The notes under the pieces are model-generated. The model saw only the letters and a list, made by a program, of their open reading frames with translations. It made no database searches and was not told the DNA's origin. The position numbers were made by a program, and so were the translations under genes. Below, piece after piece: positions 48,968-58,458 of a DNA stretch of 64,000 bases (its first letter is position 1; every line of letters begins with the position of its first letter). The DNA lies in the IMG/VR virus record IMGVR_UViG_3300032242_002636, positions 1 through 64,000 of that record. The stretch is one strand, 5' to 3'. The stretch is from a virus.

Positions 48968-49603
48968 CTCTTTTTTTAGAAATTCTTTTATTTTCTTAAT
49001 AGCCTCTTTTACAAGAGTTTTTGTCTTTTCACTAGTATAGTAGCGTGTTTTATAAGAATCAATTCGATCAAAAAAGTCACCAGACCAGATTATTCTTTCC
49101 TCTTCATTCATCATTCTAAATCGATCTAGATTACCAAGACCAATCAAAGCATAAGGATTTACATTATGCTCTCTATAATGCTGCATCCATGTAGGCATTG
49201 ATCTGATTTTATGGTTTAAATAGTCATCAAGCTGTATTCTATTTTTTAAACAGAACATAGCAATGTAGTGAAAACTCTCTTTGATTTTATCCAATTGCTT
49301 TTCAGGAGACTCGTCTTCTCTTTTCTTCATAGCAAGAGAATATGCTCTGATTGCTGGTCTAGTTATAAAGAATTGGATAGGGGGACAATCTTCGTCTGGA
49401 TGTAGCTCTCTAGGTGCTCCAAAAAAATCATCAGGAGTTATATGAGGAAACTTTGAGAAAAATGCATTTAGTTTACGCAGTTGAACTACCAGAGTAGGAC
49501 TTATGTTTGAGAAGTCCTTTCTAGGTTGATACGGTAGTCCATTACGGAAATACTTTAAGAAACAATTGTATATGTTCTTTTCTTGCTGTGAAATATTGCT
49601 CAA
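48947..49603 (-). CDS. hypothetical protein (position and size of gp59 helicase loader)
   Basis: 218-aa basic helical ORF directly upstream of gp32-like gene. Confidence 0.45.
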   Translation of the reverse strand: MSNISQQEKNIYNCFLKYFRNGLPYQPRKDFSNISPTLVVQLRKLNAFFSKFPHITPDDFFGAPRELHPDEDCPPIQFFITRPAIRAYSLAMKKREDESPEKQLDKIKESFHYIAMFCLKNRIQLDDYLNHKIRSMPTWMQHYREHNVNPYALIGLGNLDRFRMMNEEERIIWSGDFFDRIDSYKTRYYTSEKTKTLVKEAIKKIKEFLKKELQTASV

Positions 49604-49908
49604 GGATTGTCGGAAGTTTTTTTGTTAAGTTTTGATCTGAAAATTTTCTTATAGATATTGGGTGTGCTACTAAGATAAGCCTTTATTACGTTTTGTAAAT
49701 TATTTTCTCCTAAAAGTTCAAAATAAATTTTCTGTGTCTTCTTATCTTCTATCAGGAACTTTAAGAAGTTCAAGAAATTAAATTTCTTTTTTCTGGATAT
49801 ACAGACAAAAGAACCGAATTTAAGAGTAATATCCTCAAATTCGGATAAATCAAATACGTTTGATGGGTTTACGATTTCTTCTACTTGTTGTGTGGATGTG
49901 ATGATCAT
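49600..49908 (-). CDS. hypothetical protein
   Basis: 102-aa ORF with overlapping start/stop codons. Confidence 0.55.
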   Translation of the reverse strand: MIITSTQQVEEIVNPSNVFDLSEFEDITLKFGSFVCISRKKKFNFLNFLKFLIEDKKTQKIYFELLGENNLQNVIKAYLSSTPNIYKKIFRSKLNKKTSDNP

Positions 49909-50792
49909 AGTGGTTTTAAATTCTTTGTTATCTCCATGAATATAGGAGTTATCTTTCCTGCTGAAGCATTCGGATGTCCTCCTCCTTCACAGACTTTTTC
50001 AGCAAAAGCACCACAATCAATAGGATTTTCTTGGGTGCATTGTCTTATGGAAACTTTTTCATTCTTTACATTGATAAAGAAAAATAGGTCAGGAGAATAC
50101 TTTTTAATCAGAATCTCCATAACCTGTGGAACTATACGTTCTACCATAGCCGCACAGGTTTTTTTTACCTTTCCACCGATGTTTATCTCACCATAATAGA
50201 CAGGAATCTTTGATGCTTCATCAGCTGCTTCTTTTTTAATAAAGGCTATGGCTCTCTTTTGCTTATCGGTAAATGGTTTCCATCCATTATAGTAATCTTT
50301 TATGAAATCAGAGAATCTATTCTGATATTCACTCCAGAATAAAATATTCAGATCATATGAATAAGGAATCTGTAACTTATAAGAATCAAAGTCATCAATG
50401 ATGGCAACAAGTGTTTTCTGTGCTTCTGTTGCTGTGATGGTTTCTTTGAATAATTTATAGGTTAAAAGTGTATTTGATGAATATTCCTTGTATAAGATTT
50501 TAGCCTTTTTAAACTTTTCTACAAAGGTTTCAGAAGATTTATGATGGTCTATGAATGTTATATGTGACTGATCAAGTTCAGGTAGAAATTCTTCCCTTAA
50601 ACCCAAATCTAACACAAAAGTCTCTGATGGATTATGAGTATTTGTAATCTCCCTTTTCAGTTTTGGGATCTCCATATTAGAAATAGGAGTATACTGAAAT
50701 GAGTCTTCCTGTGGTTTGCTCCACATATAAGCCAGAATACTTCCTGCTCCGTCTAGATCATTGTGAGAGAATAAATGGTGACATTTTGCCAT
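49905..50792 (-). CDS. DHH/DHHA1 phosphoesterase
   Basis: HNDLDG, LDL, IDHH, GGGH..AS. Confidence 0.88.
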   Translation of the reverse strand: MAKCHHLFSHNDLDGAGSILAYMWSKPQEDSFQYTPISNMEIPKLKREITNTHNPSETFVLDLGLREEFLPELDQSHITFIDHHKSSETFVEKFKKAKILYKEYSSNTLLTYKLFKETITATEAQKTLVAIIDDFDSYKLQIPYSYDLNILFWSEYQNRFSDFIKDYYNGWKPFTDKQKRAIAFIKKEAADEASKIPVYYGEINIGGKVKKTCAAMVERIVPQVMEILIKKYSPDLFFFINVKNEKVSIRQCTQENPIDCGAFAEKVCEGGGHPNASAGKITPIFMEITKNLKPL

Positions 50793-50818
50793 ATGGTGTA
50801 CTATTTACAGAGATACTA

Positions 50819-52201
50819 TTAATTGTCATCTGTACTATCTAAATTTTCAATTGCATTAAGAGTATCTGCTATACTATTACTTTTACCATTTTTGAACTTA
50901 TCGGACACAAACATCAAAGATACGTTATCAGGATCTTTGATACTGAGAGTGGGATAATCAATCTCCAAAACAGTGTTACAATCTTTTCTACCGAATCGGT
51001 TCTTCGTGATACCAAGATGGATTATACCAGCATCAAAATCACCATCTTCAGACCAAATAGAGAATTGAGCATCAGCAGTATGAGCAAGACCCATAGATTC
51101 ACTCATCGTTTCTAGACCCGGATTTGCTTCTCCATAAGCACTTCTGTTGGTTTGAGTGGCACTAATCACAGGACACTCAAAATGATATGACATGGCTCTT
51201 ACATGCTCCGTAACAGCCTTAACAGACTCATATGAATTCTTACCTTTCTCAGGTGGAGCAATAAGATTTAGATAGTCGATAACAATTACATCTGGCTTGA
51301 TTCCCTTTCTTACCAATTTGTCTATATATGCCTTAATATGAGCAGGAGTTACTGTCTGTGGAGGAAATTCCTTAACAATAAGCTTTGCTTCACTATGCTT
51401 TGCTTTATAGGAATTTACTTGCTTCTTAAGTGGTTCAATATTAAAAGGCAATTCCTTCTGTGCAATGTTAGAAAACAAGGAACTCATTCGCTTTGAGTAA
51501 ACTTGTTCTGACATTTCCAAAGAGATCAAAACTACTGTTTTATTTTGATTAAGAATATTAGCAGCTATGTTACCCAAAAAGATAGATTTTCCTGAATTTG
51601 TCGTTCCATAGAATACATATAATGCCCTTCCATCAGAAAGGAATCCACCACCAATATGATCATCAAGCCATTTCCAACCAGTAGAAAGTGTTTTGGTAAT
51701 CTTTAAGAGTTCTTTACAATGCTCATCAATATTCTCAAAGTAATCAAATCCGATATTATCAATAAGAGAAATTCCACATGCCTTTTCAAAATCTTCAAGA
51801 ATCTGAGTCGTATTGATAGTTCCAGATTGGACATCGACCGATGTTTTTAGAACAGTATTATAAACTGCTTTCTCTTTCAAGAATCTTTCTGTATTCTTGA
51901 GAAGAACATCTCTGTCATAAGTTTTGTCAATATCAGCAAAACTAAGAGCAACATTTCTAAGTGCCAGTTTTCTTTCAGGTTCTACTAAATGTGCTTTAAG
52001 TTCTGTGATATTTGGTACTTTTCCATGAGCATAAAAATATTGATGAAGAGTCTCAAATACAATTCTAATGTCTTTGTTTTTAAAGTATGAAGGTTTTGCA
52101 TACTCTATAATACTTTCTAGATAGATAGAATCAAAAATAGCATTATAGATCATCATCCTCTCAAAGAGGTCGAAGTCTAAAGGGAGAGTATTTTTTACCA
52201 T
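50819..52201 (-). CDS. replicative DnaB-like helicase (gp41-like)
   Basis: GTTNSGKS, SLEM, KEFP, IDYLNL, SATQTNR, SES.G, KNRFG. Confidence 0.93.
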   Translation of the reverse strand: MVKNTLPLDFDLFERMMIYNAIFDSIYLESIIEYAKPSYFKNKDIRIVFETLHQYFYAHGKVPNITELKAHLVEPERKLALRNVALSFADIDKTYDRDVLLKNTERFLKEKAVYNTVLKTSVDVQSGTINTTQILEDFEKACGISLIDNIGFDYFENIDEHCKELLKITKTLSTGWKWLDDHIGGGFLSDGRALYVFYGTTNSGKSIFLGNIAANILNQNKTVVLISLEMSEQVYSKRMSSLFSNIAQKELPFNIEPLKKQVNSYKAKHSEAKLIVKEFPPQTVTPAHIKAYIDKLVRKGIKPDVIVIDYLNLIAPPEKGKNSYESVKAVTEHVRAMSYHFECPVISATQTNRSAYGEANPGLETMSESMGLAHTADAQFSIWSEDGDFDAGIIHLGITKNRFGRKDCNTVLEIDYPTLSIKDPDNVSLMFVSDKFKNGKSNSIADTLNAIENLDSTDDN

Positions 52202-52243
52202 ATCAGCATATTATAGATTGCTTTGATGATATTAACAACGCTT

Positions 52244-53341
52244 TTATTCTTCTCTCTTAAATTTAAGCTCTGATTGGAGTTTTTCTTCTAGCTTTGGAAG
52301 AATCTTTGCCCAAGCAGCATCATCATCTTTCCAATCCTTGTAAAATCCAAGGACTTCCTCACCGACAACATAACGATGACCTTGCTTTGTAATAACACCA
52401 TATCCCTCTGCCATCTCAAGAAGACCAGAATACTTTGAAATTCCAGTTCGGAAGTTCAGATACATTTCAGCCTCAAGGAAAGGAGGAACAAAGCGATTCT
52501 TGGTAGTCAATGCCCTCATGGTAAGTCCATTAACATCCTTGGAGAGAGGAGTAGTTTCGTCTGAAGCATTCTTGTTGTCAGATTTTCCCACACGCTCTTG
52601 CTTGGTTGCCATCTGAACTAGCACAGAGGACATATACAGAGGTCCAGAACCACCAGACTGACTCTTTATTAGTGTAGGATAAAGAGCACCGGGATTGTCA
52701 TATGTATGATTGGTAAAGACAACAGGGCAATTAGCTTTAGCAGCAGCATGAGTAATTGCTCTAAGCATACTCTTGAGAGAGACTGCTCTTGCTCCCATGT
52801 CAGCAGAATCTTTACCGTCTTCAATAACCTTTGCCTCTCTTGCAGAAATAAGATTACCAAGAGAGTCGATTGCAATCATCACCTTTCCCTGAAGTTTATT
52901 TTCAACAACAGTCTTTAAGAATTTAACAATCTGATTACGACACTCCTCAATAATCTCAATAGGACAATGCTTAATCTTTGCAGGATCACAACCAAGACTC
53001 TCGGCAGTATCCTTGTCCAAAGCATTTTCTGTATCAAAGTAGACTACATGCATACTTTTCTTCTGAGCATTAGCCATGATCTTATTAACCATGAGAGTCT
53101 TTCCGCAAGCCTGTGGACCTGCAAAACCAATAATTCTTCCCATAGGAATTCCACCATAGAGAGAACCTGAAATAATTGCATTAAGAGCCATACAACCTGT
53201 ATCAATCCACTCCTTAACGGTGGACAAGGTATTCTCATCCAAAAATTGAGCATCGGGATTAAGATCATCTAGGATCTTAAATGCATCTTTAATATCACCA
53301 CTGAACTCTGTATCTTCTGTTTCGTTTTTCTTTTTAGCCAT
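52244..53341 (-). CDS. uvsX: RecA-like recombinase (UvsX)
   Basis: DTG..ALN...SG...GG, GPQACGKT, FDTE, IDSLGNL, DMG.RA, KNRF; start reassigned to MAKKK. Confidence 0.92.
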   Translation of the reverse strand: MAKKKNETEDTEFSGDIKDAFKILDDLNPDAQFLDENTLSTVKEWIDTGCMALNAIISGSLYGGIPMGRIIGFAGPQACGKTLMVNKIMANAQKKSMHVVYFDTENALDKDTAESLGCDPAKIKHCPIEIIEECRNQIVKFLKTVVENKLQGKVMIAIDSLGNLISAREAKVIEDGKDSADMGARAVSLKSMLRAITHAAAKANCPVVFTNHTYDNPGALYPTLIKSQSGGSGPLYMSSVLVQMATKQERVGKSDNKNASDETTPLSKDVNGLTMRALTTKNRFVPPFLEAEMYLNFRTGISKYSGLLEMAEGYGVITKQGHRYVVGEEVLGFYKDWKDDDAAWAKILPKLEEKLQSELKFKREE

Positions 53342-53424
53342 ATCAATATAATAACACAAAATCCACAAAAGTCAAAGACCTTTGTGGATTTGTACTGGTT
53401 TCTTTTTTTGGATGCGATTACGAA

Positions 53425-53829
53425 TTACTCATCAAAAAGGTTTATGATAGCTGGATTAGCTTGTGTTGCTCCAGCAGGTGTTACCTCACCAGCGGTGGGT
53501 GGTACAAAGATGTTGCTCTTGTTGAACATCTGATCATACTGAGCCTTCAGACGGAAATCAAAAGCCTCAATATCGGTCTCGGTGATGCTATTCTTCTTGA
53601 ATGAGAAGATAACATCTCCACTCTTATCTGCTAAGAACTCACGGAAGAAGATAGGAAGAAGCTGAACTGACATTCTTCCACTCTGGTCTTGTGGTACTAC
53701 ATGGAGTACAACTGGATTCTTAACAGCCAAGACTGTTTCAGTGGTTTTACTTGCATCCTTTTCGCCTACAATCGTTCTACCGACTGTATCAAGGAATGTT
53801 ACTATGGTTGTTGTTTCTGTTTCGCTCAT
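53425..53829 (-). CDS. hypothetical protein (possible Sm-like fold)
   Basis: GRTIVG....L.VKNPV beta pattern; own sigma70 promoter. Confidence 0.6.
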   Translation of the reverse strand: MSETETTTIVTFLDTVGRTIVGEKDASKTTETVLAVKNPVVLHVVPQDQSGRMSVQLLPIFFREFLADKSGDVIFSFKKNSITETDIEAFDFRLKAQYDQMFNKSNIFVPPTAGEVTPAGATQANPAIINLFDE

Positions 53830-53855
53830 ATGTTTTATATTTTACTACAAGTTAG

Positions 53856-54512
53856 TTATAAGTCAACTGACTTTTTCCAATTTAATGCTTCACTAGTATT
53901 AGGAAATATATCAATTAATATATCTTTAATAGCAATAGCAATCTCTCTATGTTCTAATTGAGTATCTTCGTTTGATCTAAGATCAACATAATGTGTCCAG
54001 CTTCTAAGGTTTCCTGTCATGTACATAGTTGTTTGTGTACAAAGAGGAAGAATCATACGAGCACATTCTTTTGCTGCACCTTTCTTTATAAGTTTATCAT
54101 ACAATTCAGCACCAGTTACCAAATAATTTTTAAGATTTTCCAAATCATTATCACTAAGATCCATTAAATCTGCACTGGATTGTCTGTTTTTATCTGCTTG
54201 CTTCCTTACTTGGAAAGATTCAAAGTCTGTAACCTCACTATATCTCTGACTAAATTCTTGAAAGCAAAAACTTCTATGACGAAGAATCTGTGCAGCAATT
54301 GCTCTTGAGGTGACAATTTGAAACGTCAAAGAAACTTGTTCAAATGGCGACCAGTGCTTATGTTTTATAAGATAAGCAAGTAACTTTGGTGCTGTTTCGG
54401 TATTCATCTGATTAGATGGATTGGAAACTCTTGCTATGTAGCTTATAAGATCTTCAGGGGAAAGAATACCTTCGATTACTGGTTGAGTTAGACTTATTAA
54501 TTTTACGTTCAT
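53856..54512 (-). CDS. thyX: flavin-dependent thymidylate synthase
   Basis: HWSPFE, QILRHRSF.FQEFSQRY, KECAR..LP, R....TQ.EH. Confidence 0.96.
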   Translation of the reverse strand: MNVKLISLTQPVIEGILSPEDLISYIARVSNPSNQMNTETAPKLLAYLIKHKHWSPFEQVSLTFQIVTSRAIAAQILRHRSFCFQEFSQRYSEVTDFESFQVRKQADKNRQSSADLMDLSDNDLENLKNYLVTGAELYDKLIKKGAAKECARMILPLCTQTTMYMTGNLRSWTHYVDLRSNEDTQLEHREIAIAIKDILIDIFPNTSEALNWKKSVDL

Positions 54513-54529
54513 ACCAATATTATAAACTA

Positions 54530-57103
54530 TTATGAGAATAAATCAATAAGATCAGTATGAACTTGCATGGTAACTTGAGGAAGATCCCATCCTATACAAT
54601 CATATAATCTTTCAATCGGAGGAGTTACGCTTTTATTAAACATTTTTTCGTAATCTATCGTGAAAACATCAGAAAGTTCTTTAGGAAATTCGTCTAAGAA
54701 TGCCATTGAACTAAAATTAAAAGGATTTCTAGCAGGATAAAACCATTTTATTTTAATACCACTTCCAATAGACTCATATTTTGATGTTAAATCATAATGT
54801 TTCAACATTTCATTGAAATGAATGGCTCCTTTTGAATGTACAGGAGTTCCTTTTCCAATTTTTCCATCATCTCCAATCTTTCTTTCCTGTTTTCCTAGAT
54901 CTGAAATGTTACTACGGAAAGAAATATCTTGAATAGGCATACTACAAAACTTGTCATATGCCTCTTTTAAGATTTTATTGGATGCTGACTTGTCTTGAGA
55001 AAGAATCGCAAGCTCAATAACATTTTTAATCAGGCTTTTTGTGGCTTCTGAGAAAGAAGAACGCACAACTTCAACACCTACATATTTAAATGGATTTTTA
55101 GGAACAACTCCTTCTGATTCCAGAACATGCATAATGTATCTCTTCTTTTCCATGAAGACCGCAACATCACAAACAGCTTCTTGTTTGAAAATAAATCTAG
55201 GATCTATGGATTTAAGATCAATCTTTGCCCAATCAATGATTTCTTTATTAAGATAATTACCAATATCTTTAATAACCTTACGAGCTTCATCGGTTATCTT
55301 TCCGTTTTCCAATAATTTTATGTTTAGATGATTTAGAATAGGTTGGAAAGAGAAGTAAGCACTATCAGTATCACCATATTTGTAAATATCCTTCTTTTCA
55401 CAAGACAATCCTTGGTTTAACGCATAGTTATATACGATTTCAGATGCTTGTTTAACGACTGATTGACCAGTTAAGGTGATACTTGCGGCATGATCAATGT
55501 CATATAAAGGAGAATAACGCTGTCCAAAGACACCATAGATGGAGTTTAGAATGAGTTTATAGACGTTTTGGATGGTATCTAGGTCTAGAATCCTCTCTTC
55601 TATCTTTTCAAGCTGAGAGGGATCTTTAATTTTCTTAGATTCCTTCTTTAATTCGATCATTTTGTTCTTTGCATCAACACGTTCCGTATAAAGACGATCA
55701 ATAAACTTAGGAACAACACCTTGAAACTTCTGTGTGTACAGAACATTATACTTTGAAACAGAAAGTTGTTCCTTTTTTACAAGTCTTTGGAACTTTTCTT
55801 CTTCTAAAGTAACTATTTTGTTGTTTGAAAGTCTTAATGTATAGTTTCCATCCTCTACAAGAGTGATTTTACCTATTTTTGTCTCTGGAGAGACGTTAAG
55901 GGAGATGATTGTGTTAGGATATAGACTGTTTGCATCATAACTAACGACTGCTTTACTCAAACCACGCTCTGGTTCATGTACATATCCACCTACATAATCA
56001 GTTTCTCCTTCATCTAGCTTGAATGTAGGTATAATCATACCATCTTTTGATGCCTGATGAGCGATTGCACCAGTAATAAGTGACACTTTACCTAATGATT
56101 GCTCAAAAGGAATGAATCCTTTGTATGAAAGTGTACGAATTAGTTTGATATACTTGAGCTTTTCATCAAGTTTTACCAGCAATCTTACGTCTTGGATGTT
56201 GTAATCAACGAATTTTTTCCAATCAGTATCAGAAAGTGTTGATAAATTGGTTGCTCCGATATCAACCTTAGTCTCTCCAAGCTCATATTGACCAATATAA
56301 CCCAATTTATATGACTCTCTATCACTCCTTGCAAAGGATTTATAGGCTTCCATGTAATCAATACAGCTTAATCCTCTGATATACCAGCGATTGATTACTT
56401 TTCCGAACTTATCTACACCAACATTCTCTCTATAAAAGATAGAATTAACAGGAGAAAGTCTTGCTGCATCCTCTGAACTGAGGACATTATGCAAACGAGT
56501 CATGATATATGGAATATCGAACCCACTTGAGTTCCATCCAACCAATATATCAGGTGGATCTGCTTCCCAAAACATCAAGAATCGTTGAATTAATTCTATC
56601 TCAGACTTACAATGAAAGTATTTTACATTAGAATCCGAAGGAGTATACGGCTTAAGTCCCCATGTATAGTAGGTATCATTAAGAGTATTGTAAATTGTGA
56701 TGAGATTTATAGGATCTTCTGCTTTTTCTGGAACAGGAAATGATCCTGTTGAGTAGGTTTCGATATCGAAGAAGTAAACCTTAAGAGGAAACTGTCCAAA
56801 GTTTGGGTTATCTATCTCATCTTTGTATGTACTGAGAAGAAAGTCTTGGTCACAACCTATGTTATGGAACAATCTCTTTATAGGAGTCTCGTTTACAAAT
56901 TTATTCCTTTCAAATTGATTCTTGAAAGTCAGTTTTCTCAATGGAGTATTGAAAATAGAGACTCCATCTGTTGCTTTGGGTGACTCTACAAACAGATGAG
57001 GCTCATAACTACTTTCAATCTTAATACGATTACCGTTTTCATCCCATGTCCAGAGATGAATTAACTGGTTTTTGCTATCGTAATATACATTTCTCCACGC
57101 CAT
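54530..57103 (-). CDS. family B DNA polymerase (gp43-like)
   Basis: DIET, GWN...FD, YNIQD exo motifs; DANSLYP, K...NS.YG, YGDTDS, KKRY. Confidence 0.97.
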   Translation of the reverse strand: MAWRNVYYDSKNQLIHLWTWDENGNRIKIESSYEPHLFVESPKATDGVSIFNTPLRKLTFKNQFERNKFVNETPIKRLFHNIGCDQDFLLSTYKDEIDNPNFGQFPLKVYFFDIETYSTGSFPVPEKAEDPINLITIYNTLNDTYYTWGLKPYTPSDSNVKYFHCKSEIELIQRFLMFWEADPPDILVGWNSSGFDIPYIMTRLHNVLSSEDAARLSPVNSIFYRENVGVDKFGKVINRWYIRGLSCIDYMEAYKSFARSDRESYKLGYIGQYELGETKVDIGATNLSTLSDTDWKKFVDYNIQDVRLLVKLDEKLKYIKLIRTLSYKGFIPFEQSLGKVSLITGAIAHQASKDGMIIPTFKLDEGETDYVGGYVHEPERGLSKAVVSYDANSLYPNTIISLNVSPETKIGKITLVEDGNYTLRLSNNKIVTLEEEKFQRLVKKEQLSVSKYNVLYTQKFQGVVPKFIDRLYTERVDAKNKMIELKKESKKIKDPSQLEKIEERILDLDTIQNVYKLILNSIYGVFGQRYSPLYDIDHAASITLTGQSVVKQASEIVYNYALNQGLSCEKKDIYKYGDTDSAYFSFQPILNHLNIKLLENGKITDEARKVIKDIGNYLNKEIIDWAKIDLKSIDPRFIFKQEAVCDVAVFMEKKRYIMHVLESEGVVPKNPFKYVGVEVVRSSFSEATKSLIKNVIELAILSQDKSASNKILKEAYDKFCSMPIQDISFRSNISDLGKQERKIGDDGKIGKGTPVHSKGAIHFNEMLKHYDLTSKYESIGSGIKIKWFYPARNPFNFSSMAFLDEFPKELSDVFTIDYEKMFNKSVTPPIERLYDCIGWDLPQVTMQVHTDLIDLFS

Positions 57104-57140
57104 AGAGAGTATTATACTCTCTGCTCTGGGTTATTTGCAA
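57104..57140 (-). promoter_or_regulatory. DNA polymerase promoter with hairpin centred on -10
   Basis: TTGCAA-18-TATAAT; inverted repeat AGAGAGTA/TACTCTCT abutting ATG. Confidence 0.6.
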
Positions 57141-58425
57141 CTAAAATCTTTGATTTAGCGTTTCTTTCTTTAGATCCCCAAGCGGTTGTGTATATTGCTT
57201 CGTATTCATCCATATGATTTTCTAACCATAGACCTTCTGTAAAGGTTCTAGCCTTTCCAGACAGATCCATATAGCGATCAAAGTCAGAAGTAATATACTC
57301 TAACTGAGAAATTAGATCCTTACCATCCTTAAACGGACATTCTGCTCCCTCATAGGTGCAAAGATCCTGATAAGCACCGGGTAATCCGAATGCTCCTGCC
57401 TCAACCATCTTGATATTGCTCTTGGATTTGTTGAATACGTTATCAACGAGAGGTGCGAATACTGCATTGGCTCCTACATCGTGAATACTTTGTGGAAGAT
57501 CCATTAAAGGAGACCAATCAATGTATTCCATTTCACCATTATCAATGAATGGTTTGACTGCAAGTGGGTAGCATCCCTTCCATACAAACTTAAATTTCTT
57601 ACGAGCCTTGATAATTTCTTCTACTACATGAGAGAAATCATCTTTCATCCCTGTACGATTGGTTACATCAATGTGTGTTCCAGATCCAGCATAAAGAATA
57701 CGAGGACGCTTCTTATGTCTGTCATAGAGTTCTTCAACACGTTTCTTATCATAGAAACGATCAAGCCAAAACTTAGGAGGATAGTTAGGAATGACTGTAA
57801 TATTTTTATTACCTGTCTTATTGATGTAGTAATCTTTCATGTACTGACAGGTGACAGTTACTTCATCCATCATTCCCATGATTTCTAAGATACTTGAAAT
57901 GATATCTTGGCTTACGAATGCATCTTTACATCTATTATAGTCAGGAATATCATCCTTGAAGACGATATCATCGACTTCATAAATCAAACGATATCCCATC
58001 TGAGGCTTTGCCTTTACCAATTCTTTAATGAATGCATTCTGTACAGGTGTTGCCTGTCTTTGCATTCTGATTGCACTAATTCCTTGATAGAATCTAAGAT
58101 CCAAAACCATACAAGTAAGTCCTGAAATGACTGCCTTGTTATAACTATTTAAACAAAATTCGGGCCAAATCATTCTCCAATATCCACAGCCACCGTAATC
58201 AGCATAGTAATTGATAGCTCTAGGAAGGCTCATCTCTGGCATATCAATAGGAGGAGGCTCTGGAAGTTTTACAGGATTTGCGGCTACATAACTGTAGCTA
58301 GGCATACCCAAAGGAAGATTATTAGGAGCATTTGGAATACCGCTCTTGGTTGGCTTGTATTCGTATACAATGCTCTTTGAAGTATCTACAGGAGCAGGAG
58401 TATTAGAACCTTTTATCTTAATCAT
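57112..58425 (-). CDS. glycosyltransferase (GT-B, GT4-like)
   Basis: GCG.WR..WP, YEVDD, VIPN, APL....FN.SKSNIK..E.G..G.P. Confidence 0.8.
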   Translation of the reverse strand: MIKIKGSNTPAPVDTSKSIVYEYKPTKSGIPNAPNNLPLGMPSYSYVAANPVKLPEPPPIDMPEMSLPRAINYYADYGGCGYWRMIWPEFCLNSYNKAVISGLTCMVLDLRFYQGISAIRMQRQATPVQNAFIKELVKAKPQMGYRLIYEVDDIVFKDDIPDYNRCKDAFVSQDIISSILEIMGMMDEVTVTCQYMKDYYINKTGNKNITVIPNYPPKFWLDRFYDKKRVEELYDRHKKRPRILYAGSGTHIDVTNRTGMKDDFSHVVEEIIKARKKFKFVWKGCYPLAVKPFIDNGEMEYIDWSPLMDLPQSIHDVGANAVFAPLVDNVFNKSKSNIKMVEAGAFGLPGAYQDLCTYEGAECPFKDGKDLISQLEYITSDFDRYMDLSGKARTFTEGLWLENHMDEYEAIYTTAWGSKERNAKSKILVANNPEQRV

Positions 58426-58458
58426 ATTATTTTATATTAACAAATGGTGTGTTATAAA

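Noticed and set aside
53342-53368. N-terminal extensions in the ORF track (uvsX 53368; also 21628, 25483, 46623, 23435)
   Set aside because: They overlap promoters, terminators or neighbouring genes; downstream ATGs fit the promoter spacing.
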